From assembly GCF_009914755.1 (NCBI RefSeq), contig NC_060926.1: a stretch of DNA of 64,000 bases. One strand, given 5' to 3'. The position numbers and the translations under genes were made by a program. The first letter of the stretch is position 1; every line of letters begins with the position of its first letter. The stretch comes from the human T2T-CHM13v2.0 reference genome, Homo sapiens. Below the pieces are notes generated by a model. The model ran no database searches. It had not been told where the DNA came from and saw only the letters and a list, made by a program, of their open reading frames with translations. Below are positions 1 through 18,099 of the stretch, in pieces.

Positions 1-59
1 CCTTTGAAGTATGTTCCTTAATAAAGGTATAAAAACACATGATAGAATTAGGGGTAATT

Positions 60-550
60 CGAATATACCAGCAATTATATTAACTGTAAATGTATTAAAT
101 ACTTTAAAAAGTCAATGACTGATAGGCTGTATTAAAGTAAAAACTTTATACTGCTTTTAGAACAAAAATTGACATAATGACCTCAAAAGATTGCAGATAA
201 GAAGATCAAAAAGTTATACGCGATATTAATCATTAAAAGAAGATATAATTAAAGTAATAGATGTGTAGACTTTAAGGGAAGAAGCAAATCATAATGATGA
301 AAATATATTCTATAAGAAATATATAATAAATCTGAATTTATAGGTAACTAATAATATAGCTTCAAAATATATAAAGCAAAATTTAAATAACTAAAAGTGA
401 TGTAAAAGTATTCACAAGTCAAAGAGTATATCACACTGTCTTAGGAGCTAATTTAACAAGTATTCTAAATAATCCTTAAGAATATAGAAAATGTAAATGA
501 TATGATTTATGAACTTGATCCAGTTGACATGTAGCGAATACTGCAAACAG
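60..550 (+). mobile_element. Old L1M fragment, ORF2 endonuclease region (degenerate)
   Basis: Decayed match to the L1 ORF2 start (taactgtaaatgtattaaatact..., atactgctttt..., cttcaaaatatataaagcaaaa); A-rich; no ORF. Boundaries approximate. Confidence 0.7.
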
Positions 551-619
551 AAGCTTTATTAGTAATTACATCATTAATTATTATTAATAATTTAATAATT
601 ATTGAGCTATCAAACTATT

Positions 620-1685
620 AGAAAACATAGACATTAGTCTTCATAATCTCAGATTCAGCAATTATTACATTTGACACCAAAAGTACTAACAACAAAAGAA
701 AAAATTGATGAATTGGACTTTATATAAACTAAAGATGTTTATGTTTAAAGGACACTATCAAGAAATTAAAGACATCCTCACAGAATGGGTGAAAATATTT
801 ACAAATCATATATCTGATAATTGAATTGCATTCAGGACATATAAAGACCATATATAACTCAATAATGAACCTAATTTAAAAATGAGCCAGACTTTTGATA
901 GGCACTTCACCAAAAACATGAACTGGCTAATAAGCATATGAAAAGATGGTCCACATCTTCAGTCATCAGAGAAATGCAAATCAAGAGCACAATGACATAC
1001 CACTTCACATGATCTAGCAAGGCTGTAATAAAAACCAATGACCAAAACCAAATGTTGGTCAGGGCCTAAGGAAGCTGAAACCCTCATGCACTGCTAAATG
1101 GTGCACTTAGAAAAACACTATGGTAGTTCCTCAAAATGCTGAACACAGAGTTACTATATTACCCAGAAGTTGCACTGCTAGACCAAGAGATATGTAAATA
1201 TTTGTCCACACAAAAACTTGCACACAACTAGTGTTAGCATCATTATTCATAAAGTCAATAAGTGAAAACAATCCAAATATCTGTGTAGCCATAAGTGAAT
1301 AAACAAAATACGGTAAATCTATACAATAGAGCAGTATTTGACAATGAAAAGGAATTAAGCGCTGATACATGCAGCAGTCTACATGAACCTTGAAAACACT
1401 GTTAAGTGAAAGAAGCCAGACATAAAACCCCACATTTCATATGATTCCATTTATATGAAATATCCAAAATAGACAAATATTTAGGGATAAATACTTGATT
1501 AATGGTTAACTAGTTTTGCTGGAGGAACAAATGGAAAGTGATTGCCCAAAGTTTTAAAGCTGGTGAAATTGTTTTAAATGATATTATTGTAATGGTTACA
1601 TAACTGTCTATGTTAAACTATTGTATTGTAAACTGTAAATAGGCTAATCTCATGAAAATTATATCTCAACATAATTGTCTTCTAA
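620..1685 (+). mobile_element. Old L1 (L1MB/L1ME-type) ORF2 C-terminus and 3' UTR
   Basis: L1 3' motifs: 'agagaaatgcaaatcaagagcacaatgacataccacttcac', 'gtgaaagaagccagacata', 'tgattccatttatatgaaatatcca', ending 'aaattatatctcaa'. Confidence 0.85.
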
Positions 1686-1699
1686 AAGAAAAGTAAAAA

Positions 1700-3530
1700 C
1701 TCATATAATAATGAACCTTCAAAATATGTGAGATAAAGCATGACAGGTAAAAAGGAGAAACTGGAAAATCCATCATGTCAGAGGTTTTTATTCATTCTGT
1801 CATTAATTGATAGAATGGATGGAGAGAAAAACATTCAGATGTAGTAGGTTTGAAACAACATAATTAACCTTCTTGGTATAATAAATATATACTACACATC
1901 TAATGGCTGGAAGATGCATGTTCTTCAGAAGCACACAAAGGACATTTATAAAAAGGGGCTACTTATCAAGATATAAAATGACTTTTTAAAGTCAATATTA
2001 TTCAGTGTATACTCTCTGCTTTCAAGTATCTATTTTTAAAACAAATAATCTGATTCTTTACTGTATATCAAACTCCAATGAATGGCTTTTTGAAACACAT
2101 TTTTTGGACCCAACCAAATTTCTGCCTTAGGAAGTGTAAGGTGAGACCCATATTTGCATTTCTAGCAAGTTCTCAGATGATGCTTATGTTGCTAATCAAG
2201 GGGGCACGTTTTAAGAACTATAGCTCTTAAATACGCACTCACAAATTTAAAAACATGCTTCCAAATATCATATATTATATGTAAAGCAATTGAAATAAAA
2301 TATACTTTAAGGCACATAATAATATAAGTGCTACACACCAAAAAAGCGGGGATAAAACTAAAGAGTGCCTTAAGGGTATATTTAAAGCAAACATAGTTAT
2401 ATGGGTAAATAAGAATGACTAAAAATTAATGAGTCAGGCATCCGGTACAGGAAGTAAGCAAAATAGCCGCGGAATAAACTCAAAGATGCAGGAAAAATGA
2501 AGTAATAAGTATGAAAGCAGAGATTCATAAAATAGAAAACAAAGATACAATTGAGATCATTCACAGTGCCAGATTCTTTGTTTTGAAAGTGTAATAAGAT
2601 GGACAAACCTCTGGCAATGATGGTCAAAGTAAAAATAAAGAGAAAATGTGCAAATAACCAATACTAGAAATGAAAATGGGAATTATCACTGCATATAATA
2701 AAGACTAATATGATAACAGACTATTATGAAAAAATGTGCCAGCATTTTGAAACCTAGGAAACACAGAAAATTTTCTTGAAAAGTATGTATCTGTAAAACT
2801 GATTCAAGTATTAGAAGACAACCCATAATAAAAAACTTTCAGAAAACTACAAGAAGAGCACTTCAATAATCTGTAGAAGGAATTACCGGAAACATATGAA
2901 ATAATAAAACAAAACAAAATTATTAATATAGTCAGAAACAATACCAGATTCCCAGTTTCACCACACCTGTTAAAAACATATATGGGTCTTCCAGTAAGGA
3001 AAGGAAAAAAAATACAAAATGTGTGAGAATCGAAAAGGGAAAATACACAATGGTCATTATTCACACATAATATGATTGTTTAGGTAGCAGTCCCAAAAAC
3101 TTCTACAGACAAATCTCTAGAATATTGGAAATTATGCTAGGTTACACACTATAAGATTAATACTTAAAGTAATAGGATTTTTATACTGAAATAGCAAACA
3201 TACCACAAGTTTGTCATTTATAATAGAAAAATGTATTTGTAACTAACAGTATATTTTTAAAATGCATGTGTAAATATACTACAGAGAAGAATGAAACTTT
3301 ATATTGAACACGTTAAAGGAAGTCTATATAAATTAAAAGGTAAAACATGCTTATGCATAAAGAGACATAATATGAGAGAGATACCAGTTTTTCCCCAAGT
3401 TGCCCTGTGTATTCAACTGCATTCCACAAGTACTCGGATGTTTTTTGTGTGTTTTTCGAGGGGGTTTTGTTTGTTTTTTGATGGCATCAAGTAAGCTGAT
3501 TCTAAAACAAAGCAACAATAGGCAAGATAT
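1700..3530 (+). mobile_element. Old L1M ORF2 fragments, interrupted by MER5A
   Basis: Degenerate ORF2 motifs 'ataagatggacaaacctctggcaa', 'ataaccaatactagaaatgaaaatggg', 'cattattcacacataatatgattgtt' (FADDMI region). Confidence 0.7.
2048..2223 (-). mobile_element. MER5A (hAT-Charlie MITE)
   Basis: 'atttgcatttctagcaagttctcagatgatgcttatgttgct...ttttaagaacta' matches the reverse complement of MER5A. Confidence 0.75.
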
Positions 3531-4064
3531 TTCTCTGGATTTCAAACTCCTTATCCTGGAGTTCAGGAGTTCATGCCTTACAAACCCAAATTATCTTCTT
3601 CAGAGTTTTTGCTTGGGGGATGGTGGGTAGCTTTCTACTTTCTCTCTATTCTGTCTCAATGACTTCACAACATCCACTATGCAATCTCTGGTATAATGGC
3701 TGTTTTTGTATCTTTCTGTTTCTACTTGATTATAAATGCTTCATGAAAAAAGACCAAATGTAATTATCTCTGAATCTTTTATAGAAGACTCACACTCACT
3801 CACCCTCTGTTCCGGAAATGCCTCCTGCATGCTTGGCCTCTTTCTGAGTCCTAGGGACACAAAAGTCAACAAGACACGTAAAGCTGCTCTCCCGTGAACT
3901 TATATTCTAGAGGTGCTACTTATGTAAACATTTAATGAATGAAGGGATACGGATTCAAACGCCAAAGAGCAAAAATTATTTTGCTGTAGAAGATATCAGA
4001 CAAGTAAATGTAATAAAACATACAAAAACTATGCTTCCTAACGCTATTAGCATTAAATATAATT

Positions 4065-4170
4065 AGAATAATAGAATGTTAAAGCTGGAAATTAGCTCAG
4101 ATATTATCTAATCAGGTAACTTCCATTTTCAGATGAGGGGAAAAAGGGCTCAGAGAGCTCAAGAGGATTT
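4065..4170 (-). mobile_element. MIR fragment
   Basis: MIR core 'ccattttcagatgaggg...ggctcagagag' preceded by 'agaatgttaaagctggaa'. Confidence 0.7.
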
Positions 4171-4184
4171 GTTTTGTTTTAGGG

Positions 4185-4319
4185 CATTTGACTTTGGATA
4201 TTTTTTCATTTGGACTAAAATTTATTTTTTGGAGGAATGAACTTAAATGAACCCATTTGACTCTGGGTATTTTTTCATTTGGACTAAAATGTATTTTTTG
4301 GAGGAAAGAACTTAGATGA
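4185..4319. repeat. Tandem duplication, period 69 bp, 2 copies
   Basis: Copies start at 4185 and 4254 (catttgactYtggRtattttttcatttggactaaaat...); 5 mismatches over 66 aligned bases. Confidence 0.95.
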
Positions 4320-4587
4320 TGAATACAGTTAGATAATGAAATCTTGCTTGAAGGGGTGAATTTCATTATCGGTGTGCGTAGGATGGTTGATCTGATTCTT
4401 ATGTGAGGCCGCAGTGCCTCTCGTGTGCCTGACTGAAAGAAGACCGTCAAAGGTGCCTATCAAGAGGTGCTAACAAAAGGCTCTTCCTTTATGTTGGAGC
4501 AGTTATATCAGAAAAACAAGAATGCTACAATCTTCTTGAAATAAGTCAAGAAACAGCAGAAGTGAGGTTTTTCGATAAGCTATAGCT

Positions 4588-4746
4588 AGCCAGGCATGGC
4601 GATGTGCACCTGTAGTCCCAGCTACTCAGGAGGCTGGGCAGGAAGATCAGCTGAGCACAGATATTTGAGGTTCTATGAACATGCCTGTGAACAGCCACTG
4701 CACTCCAGTCTGGACAGCATAGGGAGATCTGTCTCTTAAGAATAAA
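4588..4746 (+). mobile_element. FAM (fossil Alu monomer, 7SL-derived)
   Basis: Monomer retaining the 7SL-like segment 'gcctgtgaacagccactgcactccag', which dimeric Alu arms lack. Confidence 0.85.
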
Positions 4747-6639
4747 TTTTTAAAAGGATATGTGTCTGAAGAGAGTGTGTGAGAACCAAGTTACATAAAA
4801 ATAACCCAATTCGAATGCAATCTGCATGATCTTCTCAGGTCCCAGCAGGACGGGGATGGCCTTCATTGTGTTACTCACTAGAATAGAAACTGAGGCCTTC
4901 GTAGATGCATAGTTACCACTTAGTCACCACTTAGAGAACTGCAAAATTCACTAAGAGAGTGAAACCCATTCTCACTGGTTTATGAAATTTATCCTATATG
5001 CATTTATTTTCCTAAAAAATCCTGGAATATTTGCTCAGGTTCTTAAAGCAGATTTAAAAAACCAAGCCAAATCATTATTTGTGCAAAAAAAATCATATTT
5101 ACTATTAAATTTTATGTATCATGGCAGGCACTTTTAAGTATAGATATAGTTTCTGAATTGTTGAAACGCATTATGGTATCCTACATATGAAGTTCTTTGC
5201 TTTGCAATATTATATGAGAACAGTTAAAAAGTTATTCAAGTGGTTTAGAAGTATGGAGATATAAAGAGAATTTCTCATCATTTCTAAAATCAGGTATAAT
5301 AGTCCTTAGTCCTTATCTAAATTGTTACTACAATGCCTATTTAAAAGTTTTCATAATGAGCTCAATCCTTTTCAAGATTATAATTTATCTCTGAGCATCA
5401 TATATTAAAACAAGATCCTCAGTACCAAATGTGACTAAGCTTAATTTTAAAATATCTCATTAATTTGCAGTAATGAGATGTAATGAATATTTATGGGAGG
5501 TTTTATCTGTACCTATTAATTTGCCATGATGTATCACTGATAAACTAGTCCTCTAAGCTGAAGCCAAGAGATGTCGAAGTGAAAAGCATATAAAATAATG
5601 TTCAATAACTACCACTTGAGATTCCGACATTTGGTGTAAAAGGTAATATGTTTTCTGCAAATGAAAGTTTACTATGTAATGTGCTGAATGCACCACAGGG
5701 AGCGAAGTCATTTTCTCTGCACACACAGTTTATTACTTTTAAATATCATTGCTCTCTTTCTCTCCTACGGCACCAACAAGGCAGAACAACAGTGTTTCTC
5801 CTTCAGCAGAAACCAATTGTCTTCACTTCTCGATCTGAGATCAAAGGTCATTTGGATTGCCGATGAAAGGAGGTGGCATATCTGCAAACCACCAGCAAGT
5901 TTTGTTGAAGGGTTAGAAGATGTGTTAGGCCTGGCTCCACGCTGGTTCAATGTTTTGGCTGAGCACATTCTGTGGGACCTGGGCTGTGCCATCCTGGTTG
6001 TCACTGTGCCCCTAACGGTCACTGAGCACATATCCTTGCGCAGTTTCCAAAGGTATCTTCATGTGCCTCAAAGCAGCAAACTATAATTAATTATTTAGTT
6101 TTTTCTACAAAAAGGCAAATTTAAACATATGGTCATCCGCAAATTTTCCTGATTGATGAATCTTGAAGAAAACTCCTTGCTTAATACTGAGGTCTTGACT
6201 CTGGCTATTACCAGTTTAAAAAAGACTAGCCTTCAGCTTAAGTGAACTTAATCACAGCCGAAGTGAATTTTTTATGCCCTAACCAAAAATTATGTCCAGA
6301 ATCGGAACACTCAAAAATTTGTAACAAGAAGCTATAAAACTATGGTCTTCAAGACATAAACCTTTTGTGATAATGAGGGACATTTTCACATAAGTCATAA
6401 AGACCTTAATTACTGACTGTTAAGCAGGGGTATTTCAAATCATTAATTTTGCAAATTAAGAGATCTATATAGAAATGTGTTTTTACTTTGGCTCAGGAAT
6501 AATCTATTAGAAGGAACTTGATATTAATTTTGAAATTATAATATAGTAGAGTAAAAGCTTTTTAATTTTGTAGTATAAATGACCAAAAGCTTCTTTTATT
6601 TTCAAATAAAAAGACAAAACTATTGATTTAATTTAGATT

Positions 6640-8589
<1,950 letters not shown>

Positions 8590-8600
8590 TGTCTTCCCAG

Positions 8601-9031
8601 TGATGAAAGAAAAACTTCAGCTGAATTAAATTTAAAGGAGTTTAATTGAGCAATGACTGATTCGCAAATCTGGCAGACCCCAGAATCACAGCAGATTCAC
8701 GGAGACTCCAGGGATGCCTCGTGGTCAGAACAAATTTATAGACAAAAAAGGTAAAGTGTTGTACAGGAATCAGAAGTGAGGTACGGAAACAGTGAGATTG
8801 GATACAAGTTGGTCTTTGCCCTATTTGAATGCATTTTGAACATTCAGCAGTCTACGGGTGGGTGAAGTATAGCCGCTGGATTGGCCAACACTCAGCTATT
8901 GTGACAGGTGCACACTACTAAGTTAGGTTTTCAGTTTTGTCTGTCAATTAAGCTAGGTTACAGTCCATCTACAAGGACTCAAATATAGAAGTACGAAGTC
9001 CTTCTCAGGCCATGTTTAGTTTGCTTTGATG
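8601..9031 (-). mobile_element. MER57 solo LTR (ERV1)
   Basis: Ends 'gaaaaacttcagctgaattaaatttaaaggagtttaattgagcaatga' and 'gtccttctcaggccatgtttagtttgcttt' match MER57; 4-bp near-TSD ccag/ctag. Confidence 0.85.
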
Positions 9032-9410
9032 CTAGTTTTCTAGGCTGCCTTAACCAAGTGCCGTCACAGACTGGGTTACTTCAAGCACGTCAGGAATCAA
9101 GACATCAGCAGGGCCATGCTTCCTCCGAAACCTGTAGGGCAGGTCTTCCTTGTCTCCCCAGGTTTTGTTGGGGTGCTGGCAATCCTTGTCAGCCCCTGGT
9201 TTGCAGCTGCTTACCCTGCTTCTCTGCCTTTGTCATCAGGTTGTTCTCCCTGAGTTGATTTGTCTTCACATTTTCTTACAGGGGCCCACTGTACTCCAAT
9301 ATGACCTTATTTTAACTAATTACATCTACAGTGACCCTATTTCCAAATAAGGTCATAATCTAAGAAGGTGAGTGCATCTTTTGTGGAGAGGCACAATTCA
9401 ACCAATAACA
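9032..9410 (-). mobile_element. MLT1B/C LTR (ERVL-MaLR)
   Basis: 'taattacatctacagtgaccctatttccaaataaggtca' and terminus 'cacaattcaaccaataaca'; the other terminus appears to lie left of MER57 (~8590-8600). Confidence 0.85.
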
Positions 9411-10017
9411 TGGTTTCTTGCCGAACTGGTTCAACCTGATTCTAACCAAATAAACTAATGTCTAGATTACAGGACATTCTGGGGTTACAGAACTATCTGC
9501 TAAAACAACTTAGACCCACTCAGCCTTTAGAGGTTCTTCAGGACAATAATCCTTTGTTCTTCAAATTTCAATGTTTTGCAAAACAGTAATAAGTATAAAT
9601 AAAAAATGTAGGGAATTTTCTAGATTAAAAGAGGCAAAAGAGAAATAAAATCCAAATGAACTGAATAAAATTTGATCAGATTCTTGTCCAATACAAAAAC
9701 CATCAAAAACAGTATTTTTGAATAATTGGAAAATTTAAATATAGTTGTTAGTATTACAAATTATGAAGGAATTATGGTTGTTATTCAAAGATTAAAACGG
9801 TAGTGGGTTACTGTAGGGGACTATTATATTTTTATCATGTATATAATTTGCTTTCAATAAATGAGCAGAAAAAACATGTATATATATAAATAGATCAATG
9901 GATAAATATAGCAAAGAGCTAAAAGATACTGAGCATGAAAAGCAGGCTACTTTGTGTTCATTGTAGTCTTTCCTCAGCTTTCTCTTTGTTTAAACATTTC
10001 AAAATAAAAAGTTGGGG
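9411..10017 (+). mobile_element. Old L1MC/L1ME 3' end (continuation)
   Basis: 'ttctagattaaaagaggcaaaagaga', ending 'aaacatttcaaaataaaaagttggg'. Confidence 0.7.
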
Positions 10018-10495
10018 TAAAAAGAATCACTAAAAATTTTAATGCCTGTGAAAAGGATTTATGCTACAAGTAAGGTAACTGTTATTATAACCCCAAAAAG
10101 CATGTGAGGGAAACGTTTCTTTTCTTTAATTACCTTTTCTGAGTGTTACTCTTCCAGGAAGACAGTCTGCAGGTGTCCAGAGCTTATCTCCTGTGCTGTC
10201 CTGAGTGGTGAGCTGCTCTGGTGGCTCCCAAGAATTTTTGACCCCAGAATCAGAGATTACAATTGTAAATGTAGAAAGACATTGCTGGAGGGTTTCTTTC
10301 TCTCTTTATGGAATACAAAGTATATTTATTTAAAAAATCATTTAAAATGTGTTTATATACCAAAAGTTAAGGAAAGTAGATGTATTTTAACCTCCCGCTA
10401 GGTGAGAGATCCTGTCTTCTTACGTTTATTGTCTATTGAATTCTAACAATTTTAAACAAGATTGATGTAAGTTTTTATGTAAGAAAAGCCTGAAA

Positions 10496-13499
<3,004 letters not shown>

Positions 13500-14364
13500 A
13501 AGAAAAGCCTGAAACAGAATTTAAGAAACATGCCAACTTTTACCTGTCTGGACATGGCAGATGTGGCTTTGAAATGCTGTCCAAATCTCTCTGTCTGTCC
13601 AAATCCTGTGATCTTTCCAGTGTTCTTCTCTACTGGGAGCTGCTCTCCCAGACTTTGTCTTTACTGTCACCACTTGCTATTTCCATCCTTCTTTCTACCT
13701 CATTTGTCACTCAGATAATAGGACACCGTCCCCAAGTCTTTCCTCATTAGCTTTCAAGATGAGGGTCATTTGTATATACTTTCATCTTTTGATACCTCCA
13801 CAGACATACATGTAAGTTCCCCTAAGCACTACAAAGGCAAACAGAAATGATTATATATGCAGCAGACACTATCTATTTCTCAAATAATTAGATTTTTATT
13901 TTATTATATAGAAATTATTTTTATGGGAATAAATAATGCCTTAAACATATGGATGTAAGGTGACTTTTACAACTCAATCACTCTGATTTATTCAATAGAC
14001 ACTTTCCTAACCAAGACTCTCAACTCGTAAGAACGTGGTCAAGGTATATGCAACCAGTCTTGGATAGAAAGTGGGGGCCAATCTCTGACATCCCAAAGAT
14101 TAGAGAAATTATGTGTTGATGATATTCCAAAGAAAGATGAGAACTTGTGCCATAATTAGGTACTTCTAACTCTGAGAAGCAAAAGCCTTTGCCATGAATA
14201 AGCAGGTTTTGCTTCTCTTAGCACATGACATTCAAATTTGTTATATCAACAGATGCTTTTCAATATTGTCTCTGTATGTGACATATTAATAAGTATTGTG
14301 GAGGATAAGGGAAGGATCATACTCTTAAAGAATGTTAATTATTTGCTGTTATTGAGGTTCCATG

Positions 14365-14560
14365 ACATTCTGCTTAGAGTTCTAGAGTCAGCCAGACTGC
14401 AGGTATGAATCGCAGCATAAACCTTAGCATGTTTCTAATCTCTGCAAGCCTTTGCATGCTGCACAGGAATACGTGGTATCACTTAGGTCATAGAGTTGAC
14501 ATGGAGATTACATAACACAATGCATACAAAGCAAATATAGCACTGATATGAATGACCACT
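14365..14560 (+). mobile_element. MIR
   Basis: 'ttctagagtcagccagactgcaggtatgaatcgcagc...gagattacataacacaatgcatacaaagc'. Confidence 0.65.
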
Positions 14561-16358
14561 AAGAAGATAGTGAAGAAGACTATGATGATGAAGGTGTACA
14601 TGATAAGTAGGAGGTGAAGGCTAAAGTGACAGTAAAGTCTACACTCTCCACCAGTTTCAGCATCCCTTTCTGTGCTGTGTTCACAATGCGATGACCATGA
14701 TGATAGGCCGGTGATAAAACATTATTGAGATGAAAGAAGAGGAGGCTATGAAACCAAGTATAAAAAGAGTGTCCAATCAAATGTGGAGTCAGAAAAGGTT
14801 TTCTGAATGCAGTGATGCTGGGGCTCAGTCTCAAGGATGGGTATGAATCAGCTTAGGTAAATATATGCTCAGAGAAGGTATGTCAGGACAGCAGAGGAAG
14901 GAACTCATCCCTATGACTGGAGTAGAGACATTGGAAAACACAGTCTACAAGTGACCTAAGAAGACGCTACATGGTGGATACCCTTGAGATCCGGAGTAAT
15001 GCCCTCTTGCTCAGCTAAGTAGCCCAACTCTTCTGAGATCTATGAGACAGTAAAAGAAAGATACATATCAAGAATGAGAATTACAGATTGGTTTACTTTT
15101 ATTTTGATTTATTTTCATAGTGTAAGGAAATTCATGTCAAGCTTATTGTTTCTATTGTATTTGTACACCACTCTAACGTCGCTGATATTGATGCATCTTT
15201 TTCCTGCCTCATATTTGTTGATTACCCTGGATAAATAGATACAGAGTAGTAGGCTACCATGAATATTGTTTTAAAACATACAGCAAAACTGGCCCTGAAA
15301 ATAATGACCTCGTTGTCCCCTAGCATCAGCCATAAAGGCAGCAGCCTGTCTTGCAGACGGCATTGCGGCACAGGAATGGATTCTACTGAGTGATAAGGTG
15401 AGGAACTGCAGGCTATGGGACTTCTCAGATAGGCATTACCCTTTGCTTTGGCAGAAAATAGCTAAAGTAAAGGATCAGAAAGAGAATCGTTATGGTTGAG
15501 CAGTCCTGTAACAAGAAGACGGTGACTTTTCAATTCATTTTGTAATCAAGGGTCCTAAGTGCAGTAACCCCTTTTGTCTTCAGGACATGAAGCACTCCTT
15601 CAGCTGACAAACTACCTAGAGCATCATAATCAAATAAGAAACCCTTCCAGGCTAGAGAGAGGCTCAAAAAGAGAAGTGAGGTGGGCATTTTGATAAGTTA
15701 TCCTTTTACAACAGCTGGAGAAGCACGTCATCTCCAGACAAGTCTCAGCCACATGCGGCTAGGAATTCTATTGAGATCTTATGTAAAAATAGCTACACTC
15801 CTCAAAGTAAAATTGACAGCAACTTCTTTGTAAAAGTAGCATGTGTTTAAACAGCAGGCTTACTTTTAAAGTTTCCACACCACAAGTAGCCTCGGTGGGT
15901 ACTGGGTACCAAGGTTCTTAAAGATGTTAAACATTTGATTTAGTGACATTTCAATCCTTACATTTTGTGCATTTCAATGTCCAATTTGAAGCCAATATTT
16001 TATATCACACATCCTTTTTGCTTGCCTAAAAAATGAAATATAAGAAATTACATGGGTGAATGGATGGATTATTATTTTATTGCTAATATAAAAACATTCA
16101 AAAAGTAGATGTTTTGAGATTAGCTCTATTTTACCTGTGAACTCCTGGCTGTCTGACGATTTGGCTCACATTCTGTATAGGATGAGTTTATTTGCTCAAA
16201 AACTCTTAATCTTTGCAAAGCTCATCGTGGGCAGGTAAAGATGGTTTATCCCTGCTTTCATGACAGCCAAAACATGGCTCAAAAGACCTGTTGTACTCAA
16301 TGGATCTGGGACTTTAAAAAATGATGAAAGTCTTCACTTAAATGTAGGCTAAGCCACA

Positions 16359-16758
16359 TGTAATGGTTAATTTTCTGTGTCAACTTGACTGGGACATGAT
16401 ACCCAGACATTTGGTCAAACATTATTCTAAATGTTTCTGGGAGGGTGTTTTCAGATGGAATTACCATTTAAACCAGTGGAATTTTAGTAAACAGACTGCC
16501 TTCCACAGTGTGGGTGGGCCTCCTTCAATCAATTAAGGCCTTATTAGAACTAAGAGTGATTTTCCCCCAAAGAGGAAATTCGACCAAGCGGACGGCTTTT
16601 GGGCTCAAACAGCAACATCTCCTTCCTGGAGCTCCAGCTTGTGTTCTTACCCTGACTGGCCAGCCCCCACCATCCTGTGAGCCAGTTCCTTAAAATCTCT
16701 CTCAATAGGCAGGTGATAGACAGATGAGCTACACATCCTACTGGAGAGTACTCAGGCA
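16359..16758 (+). mobile_element. MLT2 (C/D-like) solo LTR (ERVL)
   Basis: Starts 'tgtaatggttaattttctgtgtcaacttgactggg'; ccaca flanks at 16354-16358 and 16759-16763. Confidence 0.88.
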
Positions 16759-17569
16759 CCACACACACCATATTTAGCTAAAGGAATAGAAAGAGAAGCA
16801 TTTTTTACAAACGTATTTAGAAGGCACTCTCTCCTGCTGAATGTTCCTGGCTGCTCTTCCATTTACACAGATGACATGACTGTTTTGTTCCCTCCTCTCT
16901 GCTGTCCTCAGAGGCTAAAGCATTTGGTGCCTAAGCATCAGAGAAAACACAAACCATGCAGGAGCGGCAGCTGCAGCTGGAGACACACCGGCATTTCTCT
17001 GGAAAACCATTTGAAGTAGGTGCTGCGTGCTGGAACCAAGCTGCCACAGCTTGCAGTTACCAAGAATTTCTTTTAAAAGTAAATTCTCCTAATTCTCCTG
17101 CACACAGCCCAGTGAATCAGGCCCTGAGGATAATACAAAGTATTTTGTTTTCAAAACACCCAGCCTCCCTTCCTTTAGCCACATCCCCACCTACATGAAA
17201 GGCCCCACACTCAAGGCAGCAGGAATGCCCGAGGACATAGCTAATTCCAGAAATTCCAGCAAAATTCTACACCCCTGTATTTCCCCACCCTCTTCACCTG
17301 GGAGACTGTCTTATTCATTTCAAATAAATAAAAAGGAAAGCCAATTTTTAAAAGTTCACTTTGAAAATAAACTTAAAAGCTCAGTCTTCTTATTATAAGC
17401 CCTTATTAAATACTATTGTGGACCTATGCTAGAGAGATGGCTCCTGAGAGCCCTGGGCCATGAGAGAAAAGAACAGAACAATCTATGCTTGAACTGACCA
17501 CACTGTCTCTGTCTTTTCAGGTTTGACTCAGTTAGCCCATACAGGCCTATCTAATAAACAGCGTATATG

Positions 17570-17785
17570 GAGGAGAGAGCATCTGCTTGGGTTCCAGTGG
17601 CCATGGGTGAAAATCCTTTCCCCCAACTCATAAGCTATAGGTTAGGGTCAATTAGATCAAGGACTTTAGAGTCTTTGGGTCACAGACTTCTAATTTGTTA
17701 AGTGGGAAGAATAACTCCTACCTCCGGGGTTGTGTGTAAGAATTAAATGATAGAGTGTGTGTAACACTTGCGAATTAAATAGATA
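17570..17785 (+). mobile_element. MIR
   Basis: 'ctacctccggggttgtgtgtaagaattaaatgatagagtgtgtgtaacacttg'. Confidence 0.65.
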
Positions 17786-18099
17786 GTCACAGAAGATTAG
17801 AATTCTCGCTCTTTATTAGCTGGGACTGATGGCCTTTGATAATAGGCAATGCAATCAATAGAGTAATTTCCTGTTTATCAGGGAAAATTTATGTACGCAG
17901 TGACCTAGAGAAGGATATAAGGCAGATGTATTATCATCAATAAAAAGAAACACAGATTTCCTATGTGATGGAAGTCAGAATGCTGATTAGCTACAAAGGC
18001 AGACCTTGAAAATACGTATGAGTGGGTTATGTGCCTGCGATTCTTCCTGCATAATGCACTGTCTCTTAAACCAACCCTAAAAGCACTTAGCGCTATATA

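Noticed and set aside
14560-14600. Acidic-codon-like run (gaagaagactatgatgatgaa)
   Set aside because: Trinucleotide low complexity at a MIR tail, with no supporting ORF or splice context.
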